Assembly: GCA_016748015.1 (NCBI GenBank)
Contig: JAAOMT010000627.1
Location: forward strand, 372,001 to 436,000
Source of the DNA: Geosiphon pyriformis uo1
Lineage: Eukaryota > Fungi > Glomeromycota
Direction of reading: 5' to 3'
Length of the DNA stretch: 64,000 nt
Both the position numbers and the translations under genes were made by a program. Positions 11,501 through 24,771 of the stretch are shown here, piece after piece. How positions within the stretch are numbered: the stretch's first letter is position 1; every line of letters starts with the position of its first letter. Below the pieces are notes generated by a model that was not told where the DNA came from, did not search any database, and saw nothing but the letters and a program-made list of their open reading frames with translations.

Positions 11501-12798
11501 AAGTTTTTTAATTATTTAAGCATTAAGTATAAATTTTTTGTAATTTTAAAAAACAATTTTAATAAAAATAGTTTTAAAAAAATGCAAGTTTTATGTAGTT
11601 TTTGAATTTAAATTAATATTTTAACATAAATTAATTTTAAAAATATAATAAAAACAATTAATTTTTTGTTTATTAATAAAAGTTTATTAAATTTAATTTT
11701 TAATTAAAGTATTTATGAATAAACAAATTTTTTAATTCAAATTATTAAACAGTATTAATTTTACTAAATTTTAAAAATTTGTTAAATTTTAATATCAATT
11801 TAATTCAGAAACAAACCAATAAAAATTTAAAATAAATAAAATTTGTTTTAAGAAATAAAGTTATTTTTTCTGTTTAAAATGTTAAATAGTTTAAATAAAT
11901 TTTTTTGGTTAAGAATACTAAAAATTTAAATATTATATATACTTTTTTAAATAAGTTGTTTTGGTTAGAACAAATAAAATTTTGATTAAAACTTGGTTTT
12001 GGAATTTCAAGAATAGTTTATACAAATTTTTTTCAAGTTTTTAAATTGAAATTGTTGGTTTTTAAGATTTTTAAAACTTTTAAGTCTAATAATTTTAATA
12101 ATTTAATTATGTTAATATATATTTAACAAAATATTAATTTAGATAAAACAATAATTACACAAATTATATTATCAAAAATTTTACTTTTAATCTGATTTTG
12201 CAGAAATTGGTTATTAAAAACAAAAATTTCTAAAGAATTAAAGATTTAAACTACTATTGATTAATGCATAAAAAGTTTTATAGCAAATAAAGAACATATA
12301 ATTTGAAGTATTTTTAAAAAAAATTATGTTGAATTATATAATATCTAGTTGTAATTATAAAATTGCAAAAGAACAGAGTTCTAAAATAGATTTATTTTAA
12401 AGTATAATACAAAAATATAAATATAAATATAAAATAAAATAAAGTTGATTTGTTTGTTTTAATAAAAAGTGTCTGCAATTAAATTGAATTATAAATAAAT
12501 TATTTATTTTAATTTTTTTTTAAAATACAGTTAAACATAATAATAAATATTATTATATAAAAATAGCAGTGAAGCTTATCTTACCAAGGTAGGATTTATT
12601 TATATTATTTTAATTTCAAGAAATGAATGCAAAAAAATTATTAAATTATTAAATTAGAATTAGAATTTTGTTTATTTACATGTTTTGAAATTTCGGATAA
12701 TCGCTTAAATGATCAACTCTCAAAAGCGTACAATTTTTTTTTGAACAGTGTATAACGTGGAAAACTTTCGAATCAGGTATCGAGAACAACCGCTTGAC

Positions 12799-15700
12799 AT
12801 GGAAACTAGCCACCAAACGGATTCCGTTTATTTAATTGTATCCTTTACGAAATAAAATTTAAATTTTCTGTAATTATCCAACTCAAAGCAAAAATCTTTC
12901 ATTTATATTTTGAACACTGTAGGAGGAACTTGATATTCCTTTTGAAGAAGAAATACTCAGGAACCCCTATACGCTAAAGTCCTGGCTTCGCTATATCGAT
13001 CACAAATCAGAACAACCCCTTGCTCAACAAATATGGATTTATGAACGTGCATTGAAAGAATTGCCGGGGTCTTACAAGTTATGGAAAAGATATTTAGATT
13101 TACGCTTGGAGCATGTTGATGGTTTGAATCCGGTGAAATATGAAAAGGAATACTTGAAAGTCAATAATTGCTTTGAAAGATCCTTAGTCTTGCTACATAA
13201 GGTAATTTTATCATAATCTGTTTTAATGTTAATTCGGCATTTTTACACCTTTTACTCTTCGATTCTAATAGATGCCGCGTATTTGGATTGATTATTGTTC
13301 TTTCTTAATGATCCAATGCCGGATTACAAAAACACGTCGTACCTTTGATCGCGCGCTCAAAGCGTTGCCCATAACCCAACACCCAAGAATTTGGGAAATT
13401 TATCTTAGATTTGCGCGCGAGGTTGGAGGGGAGACGGCTATTCGATTGTATCGACGGTATTTGAAGGTGATAGATTGATTAATAATCAAGATTATTTCTT
13501 AATTCACTTAAGGTTTAAGCTTTTGACATATCTTTAACGTTGCTTTCTTCACAATTACACTCAATTTCTCAATATAGTTAGAACCAGATCGGATTGAAGA
13601 ATATATTGAACTCTTGTTGTCCTTAAATTGCCACGATGAAGCTGCAAAGCGATTAGCCCAAGTTGTAAATAATGATCGATTTCGATCATTGCTTGGAAAG
13701 TCGAGTTATCAACTATGGATGGAACTTTGTGAATTGGTTTGTAAACATCCTGAGGAAATCAAGAGTCTCAAGGTTGAGCCAATAATACGAAGTGGCATCC
13801 GAAGATTCACCGATCAAGTTGGAAAATTATGGAATTCATTGGCCAGTTATTGGATTAAGTTGGGGCATATTGAAAAAGCAAGTTTCCCATTTTTTAAGAA
13901 ACATTTTCTGTTTAAATTCAAGCTTATGCTTTTCAGAATTTAAGTTTGATTAAATATCTTTAATAGGCAAGAGATGTATTTGAAGAAGGTATTAGCACAG
14001 TAATGACGGTTAGAGATTTCACTCAAATTTTCGATGCCTACGCTGAATTCGAGGAATCTGTAATAACAAACAAAATGGAAGAGGCAGCAGAGCGTGCGGA
14101 ACAGGGTATCGAAGATGCCGAAGAAGATTTAAATCTGGATCTTAGGCTCTTGCGTTTCGAACAATTAATGGATCGCAGACCTTTTCTCGTGAATGATGTT
14201 CTTCTTAGACAAAATCCTAATAATGTCCATGAATGGGAAAAGAGGGTAGCTTTATGGAAAGATAACGGTCAAAAGGTAAAGCTATATTTCACACTCCATT
14301 ATTAGATTGAGACTTAATGACATGTCATGATTAATCTATACTTTGTTATTATTCAAGGTCATTGAAACGTATACTCAAGCCATTTTGACGATAAATCCTA
14401 AAAAAGCCAGCGGAAAGTTTCATGAATTGTGGGTGCATTTTGCGAAATTCTATGAGGAAGGAGATAAAGTCGAGCTCGCTCGAGCTATTTTCGAGAAGGG
14501 AACAAAAGTCAATTTCAAGAATGTTAACGATTTGGCTACATTATGGTGTGAATACGCAGAAATGGAACTCCGCCATGAGTATTGTACACAATCACATGCA
14601 TTCATTCTTACTTTTACGCGTAAGCAAGACTTTGGATTTATTGAAAAAACTTTTTATCATCAGAAATTATGATCGCGCTATAGATGTAATGAGACGAGCC
14701 ACATTATCTCCTCCTAATCCCAATGTGGATTTCCGTGACGAGGAAAGTATCTACAAATTTAATTTGTAGGTTCTAATACTTTATAAGCTTTCCTTACTAA
14801 TATTTCTGCTTAACAAATTGAATAGACAGTTTCAGTTCAACTAAGGGTTTTTAAATCTCTAAAATTATGGTCATTTTACCTTGATCTTGAAGAAAGCATT
14901 GGAACTGTGGATACGACCCGCGCAGTTTACGACCGTGTATTGGAGTTGAAAATTGCTACACCCCAAATTATAATCAACTATTCCAACTTTTTGGAAGAGA
15001 ACAAGTATTTCGAGGAGAGCTTTAAAGTAAGTATCAACTATTTTAAATTAAATACGCTCTTGGCCAAAGAATTTATCGATTTTTTGATTTTACAGGTTTA
15101 CGAGCGTGGTGTAGAGTTATTCAACTATCCCATCGCTTTTGAGATTTGGAATATCTATTTGACTAAATTTATCAAGCGTTACGTAAGTTTATTGCTTATT
15201 TAAATATTAAGTTTCATTATTTATTTATATCTATCATTCCTAAAATTTTTCAAGGGTGGTACTAAGCTTGAACGTGCAAGAGATTTATTTGAACAAGCTT
15301 TGGAAAAGTGCCCTCCCAAGTATGCTAGACCTTTGTATTTGATGTATGGTAAACTTGAAGAAGATTATGGATTGGCTCGACATGCGATGCGCATTTTTGA
15401 CCGCGCAACGAGTGCAGTATCTGATGAGGATCGGTTTGAAGTAGCTTATCGCAAATCACGTTGCCACTTAACAAAAATCCTCAAAGGTCTTAAAACTTAT
15501 GTCATCCTTGTAGATGTTCAACTTCTATATCGCTAAAGCCAGTGCTAATTTTGGTGTCACCTATACTCGTGAAATTTATGAGCGCGCTATCGAGGTGCTC
15601 CCTGATAAGGAAGCTAAAGATATGTGTTTGCGGTATGCAGAATTGGAACGCAAGTTGGGGGAAATCGATCGGGCAAGGTCTCTCTATGCTCACGCTTCAC

Positions 15701-16345
15701 AATTTTGTGACCCACGGGTAAAAATTATTTTTGAGATATTTAAATATTTAGTATTGCGGTTATTAATGTTCATGTTATCGTCTTACCAGACTGTGCCTTC
15801 TTTTTGGCAAATCTGGCATGAATTTGAAGTTAAACATGGAAATGAGGACACATTCAAAGAAATGCTACGCATCAAACGAAGTGTTCAAGCCCAATATAAT
15901 ACTGAGGTCTGTTCATCTTTAAAAATTGGTATTTCTTAGTGAACCAGGATCCTATCTTTTTATGTTTTATCCTTTTTTTGTGCAGGTGAATTTCATTTCA
16001 GCCCAGATACTGGCAACCCGTCAGCAAGCTCAGCAGCCACTTCCTGGAGGGCAAAAAAACCAACAGAACGCAATAGATACAATATCCCCTGCACCTCCTT
16101 TAAATGCTATGAAAGCCGCTGAACAGGAAGCATTATATGAGCGACAGCAAAGTGGTCCCAGAATATTGGCCTTCATAGCGTGAGTCCTATGCCATTATAA
16201 TCACAATTTCTACTTTCCAAGAAACGTTGATTTCTAATTTTAGATTAAATCTTTCAGATCGTCCTCTTCCGTCAATCAAAAAAATGAGTCTGATCTACAT
16301 CCAGCAAATCCGGATGAAATAATGATGGAAGATGAAGATTTATGA
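12799..16345 (+). CDS. SYF1: Pre-mRNA splicing factor SYF1/XAB2 (HAT/TPR repeats), multi-exon
   Basis: Spliced translation gives EEEILRNPY, LPGSYKLW, MPRIW, RRPFLVNDVLLRQNPNNV, GGTKLERARDLFEQAL, ERKLGEIDRAR, HGNEDTFKEMLRIKRSVQAQYNT and the C-terminal NPDEI. ATG at 12799, TGA at 16343-16345. Confidence 0.95.
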
Positions 16346-16826
16346 TATCTTATTCGTATTGACTGAATGGGTGGCGTAATAAAGCTTTAAGAGATGTCTA
16401 AAATCTTGCCACGTAGATCATCATTCAGATTCATCTTTGAACTCATTTTATCAAGTCTTCGAAAGCACTGATTTAAAATTAGCTTACGATTCCAATAGAA
16501 AATGATTTTCGAGATTTAAGAAAAGGTTAGAAAATATCCTATCATCAGTTGACAATAAAAATTTTTTGGAAAAACCGCAAAGATTCTCGAATCAATAATA
16601 CAATGATCTTATTGCAAATTTCGGATTAATTGGCTTCTCATTCTAAAGTATTTAGCAAGGTGAAGAACATTTAATTCTAAACAAAAATAATCTTATCTAA
16701 AGAGGAAAATGTCTAATTCAATCGGACTTATTCTGGCTTAAGTTATGTTATTGGTTCTCTGGTATGCCAGCTTCTCAGGCGGCAACGTAAGTAACAAGAT
16801 TTATTGTAAACGGTTCAATTAAGATA

Positions 16827-16881
16827 TAATAATAATAATAATAACAATGACAATAATAATAACAGAAACAACAATAATAAT
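16827..16881. repeat. Imperfect (AAT/AAC)n microsatellite just downstream of the RAB6 stop
   Basis: taataataataataataacaatgacaataataataacagaaacaacaataataat. Confidence 0.7.
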
Positions 16882-16933
16882 CATGATATTATTAAGGATA
16901 CAATATAAAAATTACAAAATAATAAAAAGCTTT

Positions 16934-18130
<1,197 letters not shown>

Positions 18131-18716
18131 CTTGAGAAAATTTCTCTTTGGTATTTGGGAATAATCAGTGCTGCAATGAGGCCAGGTCAATAAAATTCAA
18201 GGAAATAATCGCTAAACTTCCCGAGTCAGTACGAAATAGGGCAAAGTGAAATAGTGGTAAAATCCCACTTTTTCGTCAATAAATTTCTCGACCAATTAAA
18301 TAATTTAAAAAATAGCGAACCAGAGATAAATTGTTTCAATCATATAAAAATAATTCATAGCCAATCACATTTTTTTTTGAATGACTAGCAACTAGCCCCA
18401 ATAGGTTTGAACCTTGACACATTTTTATAATAATTAATAAAAATAAAAGAGGTACATGAGGTAAAAAAAAGAATCAGTGTTTCCAATTACACTAAAATAC
18501 AAAACTTAGAATTGAAGAATCATTAAATACACCGTAACCAAAGTTTACTCCTTAAATCCCCAGATAAAATATAATTATGACAGATATCCTAGATATTAAA
18601 AAATTAATCGTAAGAAATGGTATCCCAAAAAACCGTTGCAAAGAACGTGTAGTCAAATAAAATCAGCTCACCTGATGCTGAAAATACAGATTATAAATAA
18701 TAAGGTTAGTATATAT

Positions 18717-19558
18717 TTACATAATCATGGTAGTCTCGCTTGTCTCTATGCCGAAATTCATATCTGATGGCATCTTTAAGGCAGCGACTATTTCAGCCAT
18801 AGGATCTAGTGGTGGTGTTTGACTATCTTTTAAGACAGACTCTGTTGTTGACGATGAAGTATCACGTGAATGTGATCCTGATGTTAAGGTGGGTTTTCTC
18901 TTAAAAAATAATCACAATGAGAGATTTCAATTTCATAATAATCGCTACAATTCCAACCTTCATTAAGTCATAATAAATTGGGATCGAAGCGTACCTTTAT
19001 TTTGAATTTGGGATCGTTTGGGTTGTGTATAGAAGAAGCTATTGAATTGCTTCGAGAAACTTGATTTTTTAATTCGCCGGAAGATTCAGGTTTAGTTTTA
19101 TTCTCCTCGACTTTCATAAGCTCAACACGCAAAGCAGCGGCAACTTCTGCCATTTGATTTCGAATTTTTTCTGGCTTTTGTCGTGGGTTATAAAAATGAA
19201 TTAATCTAAGTTAAAGAAAATGAAAATGAATAAACAAGAGAATATTATTTAACCTACGTCAACTTTTCCACTTCGCATCTCTGCAATTCCAATATGACCA
19301 GTATGCTAACGATTAATTCTGATTAAAATTGTGATCCAATAAGATAATTTCAAAAGATGAAATCCAAATTACCTGGAAATTTGTCGGAAGGCTAATTAAA
19401 CCTTTGTGTACTTTCTTCCTCGGCCGTTTCATGACTCTGGTTTTGACAGTCTGGCCACCGGGGGCACCACCAACAAATGTACTTTCATGAAAATGGTTTA
19501 TTTTCTTACTTTGGTTCTGAGAAGTGTTGTTTTCTTGTGAACTTACACAACTCCCCAT
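18717..19558 (-). CDS. Small CRIB (Cdc42/Rac-binding) protein with N-terminal lipidation motif, 4 exons
   Basis: N-terminus MGSCVSS (myristoylation consensus plus Cys). A CRIB motif ISLPTNFQ|HTGHIG is formed across intron 1. The frame closes at ETTMIM* (18717). Confidence 0.8.
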
Positions 19559-20039
19559 TTTAAAAGTCTAAAATGTCTCTTAAGTCTAACTCAACCCTTT
19601 TAACAGAGAAAAAATCTTCAGGGATCGAAGAGATATGGTAAATGTATTTCAAGTGGATATTTTCAACTATTCAAAAGTTAGTTATCGTTGTTTCCTGGCG
19701 CGTCAAGGAAAAGGAATAAGTCTATTGGCATTAACGGGGCTTTCCCGATGAGTAAATTCAAAGGGTAGACTCCTGTAAACCAGTGGTATCAGGTTTATTC
19801 TATGGAGAGAACAATTATCAGGAGCATGTGTATTAGATGAAGTACGATGATAACGGGGAAGTAAGAAATTACACGAACTAATTTTGTTGGGAGCATGCAT
19901 AAAGACGGAAAATAGAAGTATGTCGCACAGCATTGAGAGTAACAGAAAAATGATTATGGATATACAGGGGCTAGACGAATGGTTCTAGTCTTCTTTATGT
20001 TAAAATATTTGGATTAATTACATATTTCTCCCACCCATT

Positions 20040-21262
20040 ATGATAGAAGAGAGACCCAGTGAGACAACTATCAATCTCATCAATCAACACCTTGTTAACC
20101 ATTTCGCCTTTCCCGCTGTTGAACTTGTAAAAAAACACCCTCCACGTTGGTTTTGTAAGAATAAGAAACTCGTATATGAGTTATCATGTCCAGAAAAGGC
20201 AGAGTCTTTTCACGGTACACTAGAGTATTCGCGTTGGAAAGAGTTTAATATCCCAAAAAAGTTTCCAAACTTGCGTAATTTGCAAATTGAGACTCAGGAC
20301 GGAGTTTTTGATTACTGTCCACACGAGACAGCAAACACGGTACCTTGGTATTTGAACTTTGCTGACTCGTATGTAATAATTGAACTTGAGAATTCTTTTC
20401 TTAAAATAAAAAAATTACAAATCCTTCAAATGTTATAAATAGAAATGTTTTCGGATATTATGGCGGTCGTCTTTTTGCCCAGGACGAAAGTCAATGTCTT
20501 GAACACCCTGCACTCTGTTCTCTTCGGGAAAGCCTATCACGTGTTCCATTTTCAACTCCAACTCTTACCACTGTAAATACGACACAAAAGGGCACAATTG
20601 CTACACCAATATTAATCCGTGGGGTAGAACGTCGTGCGGAAATAAAAACAGATCGTAATGAAGCTCAAGGTCGTCCTTGTGGTTTATATGGCAATCAATT
20701 CGCAATTGGGAAACCAGAAGCCATTGTTAATGCTACCACTGTATTCGATCAACGTCTTGATCATAATGGCCGACCCTATTATTCCAATATTCTTGCAATG
20801 GAAGCTCCAAAATACGGAAATGGTAAATATAGTGCCTATACTATCCGTCGTATTTTAGCAACTGCATATACCGGTTTTTTAGCAGCTCGTTTTGAAAGTA
20901 TGGTGGAGGTCGGTATGTTAAAAAGAAATCACGCCCCTGAAGAACCATCAACTACAATTCCTCAAGATTTAGATCATAAACAATTGCCTATTGTTATAAT
21001 ACATACAGGGAATTGGGGCTGCGGTGCTTACGGAGGAAATATCGCAATTATGGGTTTGCTCCAAGTTGCAGCAGCACAACTTGCTGGTGTTCATAAATTT
21101 GTATACCATGCAATGGGTAGCGCGAATGAAAAAAAGTTCAAAGCTGGTTTGGAAATTTTAAAAAAATTGAGGTTGGAGAAAGATGGAGAATTAAGCGTGG
21201 ATGCCTTTGTACAGGATGTGGAAAAAGAAAACTTTGAGTGGGGTGTAACTAATGGTACATAG
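20040..21262 (+). CDS. PARG-like (poly(ADP-ribose) glycohydrolase catalytic macrodomain) protein, one intron at 20369-20442
   Basis: Spliced text WYLNFADSNVFGYYGGRLFAQDESQCLEHP resembles PARG VDFAN..GGG..QEE. IHTGNWGCGAYGGN matches the PARG TGNWGCGAFGG loop. Confidence 0.8.
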
Positions 21263-21505
21263 AAGATATTTTGAATGGGAAATAATCCCTTTGGAATTTA
21301 GTATTTTATGTAGCAAAAATAGATTTTTCTTTACTAGTGAGATCACATCGAAGATCATGTGCAACTTTGCATTATGCAATCGATCTCTACGATTTTTTTC
21401 AAATAAACTGCCGGGTTTACCGGAATGTTTACAGTCTAGTTTAAAGTAGAAGGTTAACTGTCTTTGACAAAGGTTTCGTATACACCACCTGATTGACTTT
21501 CCCAA

Positions 21506-23266
21506 ATGGAATTGATTCTAAAGGAAAATGAAAAATTGGCCAAGAAGCAAGCTGTTGTCGCCTCGAATTCTCTTGATAATGTCGATAAGATTATTTATGC
21601 ATTAAATGAAGCAAGTGAACTTATGAAGCTTCGTATGTTGTCTGAAAAAGTTTGTTTTCCTTGTATTTCTTCCTATTTCGACCTATCTTCGTTTCCCTCT
21701 CAAAAGCTAAAGTTCTTTGTATACAGATCCCGAAAATGCAACCGCAAATCTTTCTTCTGTTGCGAGAAAAATCAGAGAAATCTCCACACAAACTGTTGAA
21801 GAGCACAAGGAATTTCAAGCATCACTGAATAAATATACAAAAATTATTGATAAGGTTGCTGCTTTTATAGTTTCTTATTTTTTCATCTTAAAAGTGATTA
21901 TTGAACTAAATATTTTACAGAAATGGAAGCAAGATATAACATTAGCGAGTAATCCAGTGGCTTTCGCAGGAAAGGACGAGATTCTTCAAAAAACAGTTGC
22001 TATGCATTTCATTCGACAAGGGAAATTCGAACTGGGAAACTCTTTCATGCGGGTAAATAAAATAAACCAAAAACTATTCTACATTTTGTTTGTAACCACC
22101 GATTTTATAACTCGAAACAAATTTCAATGAAGGAAGCCGGCTTGGAGATACCCGAAGAACTTCAATTACAGTTTGTCGAGATGTACCAAATTCTGGATGC
22201 AATTAAATCCCACAATCTTGAACCAGCACTAATGTATATTTTATTTTTATTTGGTTTACTTGTACTTTAATTGTTTCAATCTCTCATATCAGCTCCTGAT
22301 GGTGAATTTTGACTTAAAGATGGGCTAGATCCCAAAGGATTGAACTGGAACGGCGGGGGAGTTCTCTGGAGTTTCAACTTCACCGTCTTCATTTTATTCA
22401 ATTTCTTGTTAATCAGTGTCGAGATGAGGCTCTTCAATATGCACAGCTCAATTTTCAATACTTCAAAACTCATCACTTGCGAGGTTTATTCCATAATTCT
22501 AAACAATCTCTAGTTGCAACTTTTTTAGTTTTCTCTATATCTCATCCTTCGCTATTTTTTAGATATTCAACGTTTGATGTGCTCATTAGCCTATATTAAT
22601 CGTCTTTCATCTTCACCCTACGCTGACCTGTTATCTGCTGAAGGATGGACGGATATACAAAATACTTTTGCCACAGATTTTTGCAGTCTGTTGGGGTTGT
22701 CTCGTGAAAGTCCTCTTTTCATAAGGTATTAAAAGTTAATAAGAGCTAATCTTAGTGGCATTTTTATCTTATACAGTGTTTTTGATTCTATAAACACAGT
22801 GTAACAGTGGGTGCCACAGCTTTGCCTAATATTATAAAGATGGCGACAATCATGAAAGAAAAAAAAAATGAGTGGAGTCAGCAAAATGAATTACCGGTAT
22901 TTTATATTCATGAAAGTTTTGGTTTCACATCAAGTTTGAATAAATCATATCCAGCATTTTTTTAATCTATCAGGTCGAAGTTCCCCTAACCGATGATATG
23001 CGTTATCACTCCATCTTTGCTTGCCCTGTATCAAAAGAACAGGCAACGGATGAAAATCCCCCAATGATGATGCCTTGCGGTCACGTGATTTGTAAAGAAA
23101 GCTTGCACAAATTAAGCAAAAGCACCAGGTAAATCCTTGTGTAATATTGCCATTTGATCCTGGAATTTTAATGCTTGATTCTTAATTTATATATAGCAGC
23201 CGATTCAAATGCCCTTACTGTCCCAGTGAATCAACCCCGAATCAGGCGGTACGCGTGTATTTCTGA
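21506..23266 (+). CDS. RMND5: RMND5/Rmd5/GID2 RING subunit of the GID/CTLH E3 ligase, multi-exon
   Basis: LisH-like [12 protein letters not shown] text [25 protein letters not shown], and degenerate [41 protein letters not shown]. Confidence 0.93.
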
Positions 23267-24771
23267 GATACCCTGACTTTAGGATACTTTTTCAATTTAG
23301 CTCATTCGTTATTCAAATAAGCTAAATCCAAAGCTAGGAAAATTGCCGTTTTCCTGATGCGAACAATTTTCGTAGGTTTTTTCAGAATTGTACCGCATCA
23401 TGTAATTCAAAAGATCCTTTTTTTAGTTCCGTGCTGTTATACATGAGTTGTATTGTATTTAAATTCTTTGTAAGTTGGTGTAGGCTACTTGTATTCCCAT
23501 TTTGGCAACGCGCATCGAAGTCTAGAAAGTTTGCTCGATGTGCTGTCATTGTAAATCAGTGGACGATTATTAATGATGAACCTAAATTTTGCAGATTTTT
23601 GATCTGCACGATTTTCTTTGGGAACGCAACATCCTTTGTAATAGTTATTTCGTCTAATTGGTAGACTTTCTTTGATGCCCTTACCCGTGTGATTATCTCC
23701 CCGTCATCTATTTGATTTACCAAATGCATTTAAGCGTGAAATCAAACTTTAGCATCATGCAAGTAAGGCACACTTATGAAGACTTGAACCTTTCAATGAA
23801 TCAATGACCCTACCACACAGTCAATAATAAATTCATTTTTTGAATTATTCAAACTTAGGTTTATAATATGCTTTCGAAGATCGATTTTTCGATACATTTT
23901 TTATTTTTTGAAAAAATTTACCATGTTTTTCATCGACTGTAGATCAAATATGAGTTTGTACTATCTTAAAGTGTAGTATTATTATATTTATAAACTTTAA
24001 GTGGTGTATGTATGTGTTTAAAGACGAAATTTATCAAGCGGAAAGCTATGAGAGCTATGCCGCCCTTGCAAGTCTGTTTCTTCGATAGAAACATCTCCGA
24101 TCTATATCTTTTTAGGGTGGAGGGTTACTTGCGAAGGATGCACAAAAAGTAAAAAAAAAAGAAAGCAGCTGAGAAAAAACAAGATGGAATAGGCAAAAGA
24201 TGAATTTTTAAAGAGCCAAGTGTTCTTATACAGGGTTGCTGCGACTGGTGTCTCATTGGAAAGAATATACGGGCATTAGAACATGACAAGCCAGTCTACT
24301 GATTTTTCCTATTAAACTCTAAATAAAATAACTGGTAATTGAGACATGAAATTTATAAAAAAGCTAAAGTAGTTGAAAAAGAAAATAAGCGGGAAGCTAA
24401 AGATTAAAATTAAAATCGCAGATATAATGAAAATGCTGCAAGAAATATGAACTCTAGGGAGAAATCTAAAAACTGGCCAAGCAATGTGCCTGAAACAGAA
24501 CCAAATTAATGATTGATCCAATTAATCCATTCTAACCAAGACTCCCATGAAGCGAAATGTGCCCAGATAATCGACAGGTTGCAAAATGAGAAAATTTCAT
24601 GGTTGATTGCCATTTCCTTGAAATTCTCCACTCGTGAACGGTTTTACCGTGAAGTTGATGTAGTCAGGGATTGAAAATTTTCGAGAGCAGGGTTGTGACT
24701 ATTTATATTTGCTGATGATTGATGTACGCCAGAAAGGTTGGATTTAGGATAAGAGGTTTACTTCGCTATAA

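Noticed and set aside
23190-23200. NAGNAG acceptor (TAGCAG) in the last RMND5 intron
   Set aside because: Common feature that changes only one Ser.
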